Shown piece after piece: positions 1 to 12,408 of a stretch of 64,000 nt of DNA (the first letter of the stretch is position 1; each line of letters opens with the position of its first letter). The translations under genes were made by a program, and so were the position numbers. Under the pieces are notes generated by a model. It did not search any database, was not told the origin of the DNA, and saw only the letters and a program-made list of their open reading frames with translations. Source of the stretch: Trichoplax adhaerens (lineage: Eukaryota > Animalia > Placozoa); contig NW_002060945.1 in the NCBI RefSeq assembly GCF_000150275.1, positions 9,006,011-9,070,010 of the forward strand. Reading direction: 5' to 3'.

Positions 1-764
1 TCAAGATTTAGTTTGGGTTTAAATGGATAACAACAGAAACAGGGATGGAGCGACAGGATTTTTTGAATACAAATGTTAGCTAGGTCATGAATTATTCAAT
101 TCCTTGACTAATACCTAATCTATCAAGATTATTTTCATGGTATCATTGGATTATTGAGTTGGTTAAAGTGAATGCCAAAGAATAATTAATTCAACAAGCA
201 TCTTTATACCATAGAGTAGATTTATCGATGAATAGGATGATCTTGTACTTGAATAGCAGGAGAAAAATACAATTTAAAAACAACGATACAATCGTCAATA
301 CCATCCAGATCTGCTCCATATTTATAATGATCTTTTTTCAGCTATTTATTGTTGCTTTTATTGATGTATATAGACATGGTAAGAAATAGTGGATAGTTGA
401 TTATAATTATCATCTTTTAACAAATATCATTATTGACATAAAAAATTGTCTGCCATACGGACAGTCATGGTGTTATGATTTGGATGTCAATATGATCTCT
501 TGACGAAGATAGAATTTGGCAATTTCACTCTTCCATCAAAAAAGTGGAAGACTATTTGCAATAACACTAGAATGCTAGGAGATATTTTCCATCTTGAGGG
601 TGATTATCAACGTCATTAAACTTAATCAATCGCTGAAGATAGGGATCAAGATACCGCTAGATGGATAGATGAGGGATGATGGCTCTATTTTGAGTGCTAA
701 AAATCGTGATAGAATAGCGTAGGAAATTCAAAATAATAAATGGTAAAAAATGTTATCGTAATCT

Positions 765-1470
765 TTCATTCTTATGTAGTAGGATAGGGGTAGAAGAATT
801 GATTTTCGGTTTGCTTGTACAATTATGGTAGGATAGGATACCCAATTAGAAGATCAACTTGATAAATTAGGAAAGCTTGTTCAGTATCTCTCATCAAGTA
901 GGGAGTTGAAGGAAGAATATCTTCTCATGCTTAAACATCTCTTTTCGATTAAGGCATTGATAGGAGAATCAGATTCCCTTCTTCAGATTCCCCTGCAATA
1001 ACTATTGATAAGTTGTAAACATGAAAGATAATTTCTCATCCTGTAGCATAGGACTGAAAGAATTTATTTTTGTTTCTAGCTTACTTAAACATCTCCTATC
1101 GAGTAAGGCATTGATAAGAGAATCAGATTCCCTTGCAATAACTATTGATAAGTAGTAAACATTAAAGACAATTTCTCATGTAGTAGAATAGGAGTAAAAG
1201 AATTTAATTTATTTGCATACTGTATAGCTAGCTCGACCTCGCCCTATCGAATACGTCGTTGATAGGCGAATAGATTCTCACACAATTATAATATTAGACC
1301 ATTAATAAATTGTTAAACACTAAAGAATATTTCTCATCCAGTAGAATGAACGTGAAAGAATTGATTTTTATTTTACTCATTCAATCATGACCAGATAGAA
1401 TAAAACCTTTTAGCTTGTTCACTATCGATCAAGTAGAACGTTGATGGAAGAATATGTTCCGTCATGACCA
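765..1470. repeat. Degenerate tandem/direct repeats, ~155-180-bp unit
   Basis: TTAAACATCTC...AAGGCATTGATA.GAGAATCAGATTCCCTT...GCAATAACTATTGATAAGT at ~931 and ~1085, with a weaker third copy near 1250-1370. AGCTTGTTCA.TATC...ATCAAGTAG...GTTGA.GGAAGAATAT is duplicated at ~874 and ~1413. Confidence 0.75.
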
Positions 1471-3152
1471 TGTTCAAAAGATACGGAGGCTAATAATCAA
1501 TCATTGCATACTATTTTTTATTAATTGCCATTCTTATCTTAGCCTATTTAATATTGGTGTAGTAGAATCTTGATCGAATTTGATGTACTTCTATTTATCG
1601 AGGTATTACCCTATACTAAATTGACACAATAAATCCATTCTTAGCTAAGCCTAGGTAATATTAATGGAATAGAATTTAGACAGAGCTCTATATACTCCTA
1701 TTTGTCAAGGTATACACTAGATCGATAAGCTTATCAATCCTTAAGCTGGAAATTAATCATGCCTTCACAAGTAGACTCAATCAATCAATCCAACATCTCT
1801 TTGGGAACCAACTCCAATTTCTATTACTTTTATTAAATAAGCTGTCATCATTATAATTATTGACAGTTGGTAAAGTCAAATAGGATCTTCCTTGTATGTT
1901 ATGATCATTGTAGCTAAATAAATGGAATCCTGATTCATATAGTCGATATAGTATAGTTTTAGCTTGGAATAACGAAGATAAATCCGTTACTATCAAGAAA
2001 AAACAAAACTATATTAGCTGTATGATGATGGCTATTCCTTCATCATCACTTTGTCCAGCTTACGTCAATTGATTAACTATGAACTAATGACGATCAAAAG
2101 TAATTTATTGCAACATTGGGATGATCGAGTAAAAGACATTATTCAATCTTAAGCGTTTGTTATTTATAGGTAGTAAGTTGATCGTATTCAATGATTACAT
2201 CGACCAGTTTATTTCTTTCATATCGAGTTGTTTTTACCGTAATAGACATAAACGTTGAGTATAACATGCCTATACATTAACTGATGATTTTAATTGAAAC
2301 AATAACGTTCAAGAAGAATATTTTATTGTCATCCATGACAGTTAAATCATCAAGATAGGCAGTTATTGGATCGATGTTGTCAATGTGGTAGAAGAAAGGA
2401 TAAGCGAAGAAAAAGAGAGAAAAAAAGACTGATCTTCTACTTTTATAATAAGACGATGGTGATGATGAAAATAAAAGTGATTTTACCATTTCCAATTAAT
2501 CATCATCATGACAATAACATAGTATAAACACTATGGATACAATCAACAAAAAAATGGAAAAAAATCCAATCGACTGCGTCATTGGGTGGAAATCTTGCAA
2601 TCTCCCAGTCTATAACTAAAGACAATCTTTTCAATAGTTGATTTTTTCATTCTTGTTTAATTAAGTCATTTTTTTATTTTACTTTGTCTCCTATTTGTTT
2701 TTTATTCTCTTGGCTTGAATTATTTTTCTAAACTCTTACGTCTTTGTTGACGTTGCAAAAATAATTTTATTTGTAAATGACTACTCAAGCTTACGTCAAT
2801 AAAACGGGATTCTATTTGAAACAGGGACCAGCTGGATAGAGGTTATAGTTTTCACCTTGGTATTATCCATTCTTCCATTCTATTTTGTCTTCTGATTCTA
2901 TAGAATACACCCAATTTAGAATAGTTCAATTTTTTTTTCTTACTGGATAGGCAGTAATTGTTGCTGCACTCATTCGTTTTGTCCTATTGACTTTTAATAC
3001 TACGACAACTCAAATTGATTTTAATGTAATTGAATAACATCAAAGTTATCGGGGAGAAAATAACATCTACTATTTCTCCTGACTTGGATGGATGATTTTG
3101 AACCAATGTAATCCTATCTATCTCTTAATCTTTCCTACTATTCTATTATTAG

Positions 3153-6100
3153 ATGTTAGTACGCCATCCAATCTACCTATCGATCCAGCCAATTTAGGTA
3201 TGACAACCATGCAGGTAAATCATGATACAGCGAGTTCATCGCTTCAACGTGAATTAATGGCTATGCAACAGCAACGACATCAATTAGAGCAACAAAAATT
3301 ACAGCAACAACTTCCACTTAGTCATCAACAGCAACCACCACCCACTGGACAACATACTATTTTACCCTTATTTCCACCGGCAACAGCAACAGCTGCCCAA
3401 CTTTTATATCGTAAACGTAATCAACACTTAGACCATATCCAATTGCCACGACAACAATCTTTGCCGGCATCCCTTGAGCAACATTCGCCATTAGATCGAT
3501 TTCCAGATTCACAGCGAGGTAAAAGAGTAATCTAATAGTATATTCTATCCTTTTATGATTGATTCATCTACTTTTCAAGAAGTAATTGCAACTTTATCAT
3601 CCCGTAAGAATCATAAATTAGTTGAATAGTTGAAGTTCAATTCGAGTAGGTTGAGAAATAGATTGAATAATTGCATACTTCCAAGTATTAAGATAGCTCT
3701 CTTTCCTACCTCTTCTCCCCCAAATTGTAAGCGATCATAATGATTCTGTCGCTAGAGCCTATTATACAAATAGAGTAGTCTAGCTACAACCTCATGGTAA
3801 AATAGTATTTGAATTCGTGCTTAATAGGCTTCCTATAGGGTAGTGTTGAACTATCATGGCTTATACCAATAAAGTGTTGTTATTTTAGCGATTAGAGTAG
3901 ACAAGTATTAATCATCAATAGACTTTATAATTTCTTCTTCTTTCAATTCGACTCCAATCGTCATCATACTGGTGACTTGAGCTACGAATTAATAAATAAA
4001 TGATGATTAGAAATAGTTATATTAATGAGTAATCTAAACTGATTATCTCGTAATTACACTCATGATATCTATTAAGACATTGATTGTAGTCTAGTAATTA
4101 CTTATGTTGATCTATTCTTGATTGAAATAGAGTAATGCTATGTAGATTTGCTAGAGCTAGATCTATTCTTGATTGAAATAGAGTACTGCTATGCAGATTT
4201 ACTTAGGTTGATCTATTCTTGATTGGAATGGAATACTGCTATGTAGATTTACTTAGGTTGATCTATTCTTGATTAAAATTGAATGCTAACGTATAAATTT
4301 ACCTAAGCTAACCTGTTCTTGATTGAAATAGAATGCTAATATGTAGATTTACTTTGATTAATCTATTGTTTGATTGAAATAGAACGCTGACGTCGGCATG
4401 TAGATTTACTTAGGTTGATTTATTCTTGATTGGAATAGAATGCTGATATAAACATGTAGATCTGCTTGGATCAATCTTCTTTAAATACTGATGACATGTA
4501 GACTTTTACTTAACTTGATCTGTCCTTAGTTAAATACAAGTAGAATGCCCGCATATATACAGAGATTTATTTACTATACGTTGATCTATTCTCGTTGGGA
4601 ATAGAGTGTTTGTATAGACGTACAGGTTTACTTATGTTGATCTATCCTTGATCGAAATACTAGCAAAATGTCTACGTAGATATGGAGATTTACTTCCTGC
4701 GTGTTGATCCATTCTTGACCGAAACAGAATTTTTACATAGATATATAGCTTTAATAATGTTGTCTTGCCTTGATTGAAATAGAATACTTACATAGATATG
4801 TTAATTTTACTTACGTTGATCTATTCTTGCTTAAAATAGAATGCTTAAAATAGAATAATTACATAGATGAGTAGTTTTACTAATGTTGGCTATACTTGAT
4901 TGAAATAGAATACCAAATTAGATACATAGATTTTACTTATATTGATCTATTCTCGATTAAAATAGAATCTTTACATATATATAGATATTGATTTATGTTG
5001 ACAATACTTTATTGAAATAGATTACTTAAATTTGATGTGTAGATTTTAATTATATCGATTTATTCTCGATTAAAATAGATTGCTTAAATAGATGTAGACA
5101 TTGACTTATATTAGCTATACTTGATTGGAATATATATGTAGAGTTAACTTAGAGAGATCTATTCTTGATTGAAAAGGAATGTTTACATCGATATCTTCAT
5201 TGACTAACTTCAGCTATCCTTGATTGAAATAGAACGCTTAATTACATACGTAGATTTTACTTATAGTGATCTATACTCGATTGCAATAAAATGATTACAT
5301 GCATTTATACTTTGACTTATATTAGATATATTGGATTGAATTAGAATGCTAAAATACGCTTGCAGATTTAACAATGTTGATCTATTCTTTATCGAAATAT
5401 CCTTCATCCGTAAACACATAGATATTCCTATACAATTAGAGTAGTGTCGATACTCTGAGACATAGAAATTGATGGGAAAATATGGCTATGTTATTAACCA
5501 TAAATTGAATTATTGACCCTTCTAGATGGCCATAAAGATGTTAAACAACGATTACAAGAATTTGTATTAAATAAACAGCAAAGCATGTCTTCAGGTAGTA
5601 CACCATCAACACCAACTAAATCGGATCATTTCCAGCCTAGCATATTCTCGCCAGCTCAGGAAATTGAACGAGAAAGTCGAGAAGCAAATGCAAAAAGACC
5701 AACTCAAGGGGAACGAGAATTAACCAAGAGAGCATTACGGGATCCTTTCCCTTTGCGTAAAACAAGTAAGTACATGCATTGAAAAGGTTCATTCAACTCC
5801 CTTCATTTCTATTTTTAATTAATTTTCTCCCTTACTTTGTTAACCATCGTAAATATTAATTAACAATGACAGTTGAATGTCATTAACATCGTTTGGTATT
5901 TCAATTTTATTGCTACCACTTGAATGGTAACTTTAGTGTCGGAACCCGATGTGCAAAATATGAAAATGAAATCAAAGATGAAATCCCAATTGACTCGATG
6001 CTATCGTAAAACGCCTATAGGAAGTCCAGCTAGTCGTCGTCGTGATATGTTTCGATCTACTCATTGTCGATCTTATAGTAGTAGTAATGAAGATGTAAAT

Positions 6101-9100
6101 TATGAACCTCGTCGAAGACATTATCAATCATTTGAAGGTATAGTAACATTCTCATACTGAAATAAGTTCTCTAAATCAGTCCATCAGTAGGAAAGCTGTT
6201 GTTTAATCCTGATTTACGTTCATTAAAAAACAATTTAAACTCTTCATTTTAAGTCTACAAGTTTAATATCAGATCTCAAGTTTAGAACTACGTATTTTTT
6301 ATATCAAAACTTTTCCTTTTGACCTAAAACGCGTCAAGTCGTTGTTTTCTTTTTCATGGCAGTTATTGCATAGGCATCTATTAACTAATTAACTTGATAA
6401 TTAAATCTCCGCTTCAGTATTTGGATTTTGCAATTAATTCATCAGATAGCTAAAATACCTAATTTATCTATACTAGTACTGCTATTTCTTTGTCATTGTT
6501 GTATAGTAATGAAATTGAGCCCTCAATTAAATGTCCGTAACCCTAATATCGTGCCTTAAGTATAGAACTACATTTTTCTATATAAGCACTTTTCCTTTTG
6601 ACCTAAAATACCTTTATATGATCGTTTTCGTTCGCTTTAAAGTAATCGTGTAGAGCATTTATTCTCTCATATATTTTTTTTAAAATGAACTTCCATACGT
6701 TGCGCAACTATTTTATTGGATAACTTTTAATCTATTGCTTGCGATCTTACTATTTATTTAATCAGTCACTGTAGTTAGTTCGATAGTTTCATATTTATTT
6801 ATCAAGTCAATCTCGATAATTGATTATATTTCCCTTAATCAACTTACTTACTTTAATCAGTCATTATAATGTAGCTTAATAATGGCATGTTTATGAAATT
6901 AGCAACTGATAATCAATTGGATTTTCCTTGATCGTCTTATTTATTTCATTAACCATTATAATGTACCGTAATCATTCCATATTTATAAAATCAGCAACCT
7001 ATAATCAATTTAATTTTTCTTGATAATATTTAGTTAATCGGTAATCACAATTTAGCTTGTTAGTTCGTATTTAGGGAATCAGCTATTGATAAAAAAATTA
7101 ATTTTTTCTTGATCATATTAATTACTTCGTCATGAGCCGCAATTTAGCTCGATACTGCAATATTTATGGATTTATCACCAAGAATGGATTTTATTTTTCT
7201 TGATCATGTTAATCAATTGATTATTAACCATAATTTAGCGTGATAATTTCATATATATGGAATTCACCATCAGTAAATAGTTTGATTTTACAGTTCGCTA
7301 ATTGAAATTATTTCATGAGAAGAATACTTTAATTAATTAGCTGTTGACTACTTTATCTGCAAGCATTACTTGGAGCTTAAGGTGATAAATTGGTCTACGA
7401 TTTATTTTTACTCACTAGCATTAGATTTTCTCGTTATTATACCAAATAGCTAAATATAAATTAAAGTATTAACGACATCTTGAATTGTTTATAATAGAGG
7501 ATAGCAGAAGTGGCACAAGTAGCCCACTATTAGAGTCGAATCCATCACCTACTGGGAGTAAGGTCTGTTAAAAAGTGAATTATAATCTAGATTGCAGATA
7601 CAGTACTCCATTGCAGATTGTTTCGCTTAGGATCCTTGATTTCAAGTACTATCTTTCATATCGCAAGGATTGATAATTCCCTATAATACTGACGTTTCTG
7701 CCTAATTTAGTTATCGTTTAATGATTGTGTTATTGGTTGCTAATTTTAGCGATATTTTAGATTTCTTGTCTATTAAGTTAGCAATAAGTCTAGGCTGAAG
7801 TCTCATTGGAGTTGCAAATTTTTGAGCTGTTCAATTTGTATCTATTTAAATAGGAATCACTACATAATTTGAATATTAGTGGGCAAGATAAAGTTGCTGC
7901 AGCTGAATTACTATCCAGTGCAACACCACTTACATTGCCTTCATCTTCTATAACATATCCAACAACAACACCACATGGTAGGTTCCATATTTTAATAATT
8001 GCAACGGAGTTTTGAGCATAAAGACTGAACATATCCAGTATTTACAATACTACAGAAAGGATAATCTCGTGGAAAAAACATTTATTATTTCATTTTGTTA
8101 TTATATCAAGAATAAAGTTTTAATCAAGTTTTAGGAATATAAATAATAGTAATAGAGTTATTACGATAATCGACAGTAGATAAATTTTTACGTAATATTG
8201 CCCCAAATAAAACGCTACGGTATCTAGCTGAAACCCGAAAAGCAATACTGCTAAGATTTACTTCTTGTCTCATAATCTGTCATTTAAAGATGTGATGCAA
8301 TCTAGTAAGTGGCTATGGATGTAAGTTAGTAAGGAAATCTTACCGATTTGTTATAAATTATAAATAGAAAGAATTTAAAGATAAGGTGTCGATCCTTCAT
8401 TATCCCACGTTGTTGATACTTTAATAATGGTATTAATCATGTCAATATATTCATCTGCACCATTTATATCACTTTCCCAGTCTTAATACAGTATAATTTG
8501 ATATAATACTAAGGTTATTAACAATTGCTAATTCGAATAAGTGAGAAAAGGTGTTATTCTACATTTAATGCACTTTGGACCGTATCTGCTATACATTTAG
8601 ATACTTCAGCGTATAACTCATTTTGAATTTTCTTTTTCTATTTCAAGCACAATTTGGCGTTGGGTATTCATTTCCGATCTCATCTGTACATCCTTCCCAT
8701 ATGCTAGGTGGTCTTGTTAATGTTGGAAACAACGTTAATTTTACTGATAGTTCACAAGCTGCTCATTTTCCTCGACCTGTTGAACCAGTAACGGGAATAC
8801 AATCACCTCATAATACACTATATAATTATCCTACGCCACAAATGATAACATTAGGCGACGCAATGAAAGACAATTTACCGCCTAATTTTATTTCAACTAA
8901 TGTTGGCTCGATGTCTACATCAACATCTGATAATCAACAACCTTACCCTATTTCTAACTATATTTTACCTAATAATCCAGCTCTAAATCAGCAAATGCAT
9001 CAGTTTTTACAACAGCAACAATCTCAACAGGTTGCTATCGTTTCAGTTTTTATATGCTAATATTATTAAATTAATCCATTCTAAAATTTGGCTTTTATCC

Positions 9101-12100
9101 TATGTTAATTGTAAAATTATCGTAGATGTTGATGTCGGAAATATTTATGCTATATAGATATTACTACAGCAGCAGCAACAACAACAGCAACATAAGCAAC
9201 AGCAAATGTACTTTTTAGAGATGCAAAGGCAGCATCAAGAGAATATGAATAAAGCAGCCAGTGCTGTACAAATGCAAGGTAGTTTATTCTATTATTCTAA
9301 TTTATTTCTGGTAAACATTATAATTGAAAAGAGAACAGTTGTAAAATGGTTGATGATAACTAGATAGTTCTTTAGAATACGATATAGCTTATATATATAT
9401 TATTGCTAGGTGGATTTAACATATATATCCATTTTAAAAATTATAAGTTATGACATAGATGAATATCTTAAGCTGTGCATTATTTTACTTTCAAAACACT
9501 GTAGCTGATCAAGAACGAGTGGAACAAGTACCTAATGTAGCTTATGTAACTATGCCTACCAGTGGTCTATCAGGTCAACAAATAACTGGCATTGCTTATG
9601 ATAATATTATGCAAAAGCATATGTGTAAGTGTGAGAATCCAACAATTCATCGAGAATCAGGCGGTCGATTGCAGAGTATTTGGGCAAGACTAAGAGAAGT
9701 TGGAATACTTCGATATTGCGAAGTAATGATATCATATTTGTGTATAGTAACAAGCATAATATACTTATATCATTCAGGATATAACGTGTGAAAAAGATCG
9801 ATAGCGTTATCATACATGCTCATTAATGGGGGCTATTGTCATTATTACTGTTATATTAATTTGCTATTAATTAATTTCAAAATCTATTATAGAAAATTAA
9901 AACACGAAAAGCGACTACACAAGAATTACAAACAGTTCATAGGTCTGAATTAAAATAATAATTCTATGATAACTAATGAATACGAATAGTAGTAGTAGTG
10001 AATATCGTTATATTTTTACTCTAGTGAAAAGTATGTATCGTCCTATTTGGATAAAATGCAAGTAACTGCTAAAACAGATCATGATGAACTAGAAGGTAGG
10101 ATATCATAACATAGATAGAATCTATATAATAAAATTCATAATAGTTTATACAAGTCTTTCTGCTTGCCAATGGGAATATTACTAATTTTCATATTAATTC
10201 TTTTAATTGTACCTAGTGGATGTCACTGATGTATCGACAAATGATTTAAATTTAATCCGATTACCATGTGGTGGCTTAGGGGTAAGATTGGATGCAATAT
10301 TAATGCTTTAATGATGAATTTAGTTAACTCTATCGAGACTCAATTTTATTTCTCTAGATTGATAGTGAAACTGTATGGGATCCATGTCATACACCTAAGG
10401 CGGCTAGAATTGTATGATCATAAATTACACTATGTTATTTCACTTCTTGATTTACATTGACGAATTTGTTTATTCCAGGCTCGAGTCTTATGATATTAAG
10501 TATTGCCTTCTTATTTATTTTAGGCTGTTGGATGTGTCGTGGATCTAGCAACTAAAGTAGCCAGAGGAGAGCTACGGGTACTTAATAAATTTTGATCCAA
10601 TTTAATGATATTCCATTTTAGTCTAATTTCAGCCATTTTAATTTTCTCTTAGAATGGCATGGCAATTGTTAGACCTCCAGGACATCATGCTGGACGTGAT
10701 ACAGCAATGTAAGGATTGAAAATAGTTTCAGATTTACCTTTATAAATCCTGTTGAGAAAGATAATTCCAAGACATTAAAATCTACTTGATGTAGGGGAAG
10801 CTGCTACTTCAATTCAATTGCAATTACGGCTAGCATTCTGAAGCAAAAATTGAACCTACGTAAAGTTTTAATATTTGATTGGGTAACTATAACAGCAATT
10901 AGAATTAGCGCTCCCTAAAATGATCACTACATTAGAAATATTGATTTCAAGATAATTATTATTATCTGAAATATTTATCTTATTTATTTTAAAGGATATT
11001 CATCATGGAAATGGCACACAGAATACATTTTATGAAGATCCAAATGTTCTAACAATCTCAATACATCGATACGATAAAGGTTTATTTTTCCCTGGTACTG
11101 GTGCGATTACTGAGGTAGACAAACAGATATTAGAATATCTATTCTGTGAAACTTATTAAATCATGTTTAAGAGAGTTGCAGATAGTATGTAATCGTATCA
11201 TACTCACGACTAGTTGTAATAATTTACAGGTAGGAAATGGATCTGGAACAGGCTTTAACGTCAACGTAGCATGGGATAGCGGATCAGGTAATATCATTTA
11301 GAAGATCATCAATTGCTAGATCATGTTATATATTAAAGCAATTTTATTATTTTCCAATTCTATTTAAATTGAAATAGATGTTAAAATGGGAGATCCAGAA
11401 TATTTAGCGGCTTTTAGGTAAATTTTAACTATCGAATTTTTTGTTTTAAGCATACTACAAATGGATAACAGTAGTACATGCATTAAAATCGATGCTCACA
11501 AATCTACATAGTCTCATATCGGATATGTATATCTTTTATATAGATAAAAGCTGCTCACTTTAGTTGAAAAATGTACGTCTAATATTTCAATTTAAAATTT
11601 TATTTATTACGTAGATGTGTGGTACTACCTATTGCAAAGATGTTCAGTCCTGATATAATCTTAGTATCAGCTGGTTTTAATGCAGTTGCGGGACAAGCTC
11701 ATGAAAATTTTAATTATAGAGTATCTCCTGCATGTAAGTAAAGCATTTTAGTCTATAGGATCCTTATAACAAATTCTAATCTTCAATAGTTCTAATTACT
11801 GATGCTTTCTTTGATATCATGTAATATATATATTTTACATATACCCATTTTGGAATTATGGCGGATATTCCTGACGTAAATCATTGGTATAACTATAGGT
11901 TTTGCAAATATGACAAGAAAATTAATAGAAAGCATCAATAGCAAAATTGTACTAGCCTTGGAAGGAGGGTAATTATAATAGATATCTACCTAATTTAAGC
12001 TGCTTGTTTTGAGACAATATTTTATGAATGACAAATTATTAAGTTAAAATTTTATCTATAAGGCACGATTTACCTGCGATTTGTGATGCCTCTGAAAGTT

Positions 12101-12408
12101 GTATGAGAGCACTACTATTAAGCGACCCCATGCCTGCTGTATCAAGCGAAGAACGAAATAAAGAGCCCAATCAGGCGGCTGTTAAGGTTTTAGAGAAAGT
12201 AATTCAGATTCAACAAGAACATTGGCCGCAGATTAAGCGAATGGCATCGTATACTAAATACTCGCAAAACGAGGCCGAACGGCATGAAAAAGAAGAAGTA
12301 GAAACAATATCTGCTTTAGCAGCTTTATCTATGGGTGTTACAAGTGAGTTTGAAAATGTACTCATTCATTTATTACATTTAGATTTTAAAAATTATAAAG
12401 AGAACTAA
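3153..12408 (+). CDS. HDAC4: Class IIa histone deacetylase (HDAC4/5/7/9 orthologue), 21 exons, ~950 aa, likely catalytically impaired
   Basis: Manually spliced GT-AG exons with consistent phases: 3153-3518, 5526-5765, 5937-6137, 7498-7562, 7854-7977, 8648-9030, 9158-9278, 9505-9722, 9893-9942, 10025-10095, 10217-10281, 10358-10411, 10524-10577, 10653-10708, 10795-10882, 10995-11114, 11230-11287, 11378-11417, 11615-11733, 11899-11968, 12063-12408 (or donor after 12343). Motifs: Q-rich N-terminus; MEF2-binding [13 protein letters not shown]; FPLRKTMSEP (14-3-3); [16 protein letters not shown]; [10 protein letters not shown]; LPCGGLGIDSET; RPPGHHA; [10 protein letters not shown]; FFPGTG; LEGGHDL; C-terminal NES-like [16 protein letters not shown]. 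The start is unresolved: in-frame ATGs at 3092 and 3200, acceptor at 3151-3152. From ATG 3200 to stop 12408 the product is 953 aa. Confidence 0.95.
4095..5400. repeat. Intronic minisatellite, ~24 degenerate units of ~50-57 bp
   Basis: Recurrent core GTTGATCTATTCTTGATTGAAATAGAATGCT..ATGTAGATTTACTTA, counted about 24 times inside the HDAC intron 3519-5525. Confidence 0.9.
6755..7275. repeat. Intronic degenerate tandem repeat, ~90-bp unit, about 6 copies
   Basis: Recurrent ATTTTTCTTGATCAT...AATTTAGCT...TTCATATTTAT...AATCAGCAAC..TAATCAATT in the HDAC intron 6138-7497. A separate ~50-bp direct duplication (TAGAACTAC...CTTTTCCTTTTGACCTAAAA) lies at ~6283 and ~6563. Confidence 0.7.

Noticed and set aside
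2533-2590. Candidate first coding exon of the HDAC (MDTINKKMEKNPIDCVI)
   Set aside because: The only nearby GT gives phase 2, whereas the acceptor at 3153 needs phase 1; start left unresolved.
4095-5400. CRISPR array (repeat core GTT...ATTGAAAT with dyad symmetry)
   Set aside because: Repeats are degenerate, the 'spacers' are homologous to each other, there are no cas genes, and it lies in a spliceosomal intron; it is a minisatellite.
7790-8032. Minus-strand 80-aa ORF (likewise 9607-9813 and 55784-55978)
   Set aside because: Antisense shadows of real plus-strand exons.
10266-10460. 64-aa plus-strand ORF MWWLRGK...
   Set aside because: Wrong frame across HDAC exons 11-12 and their introns.
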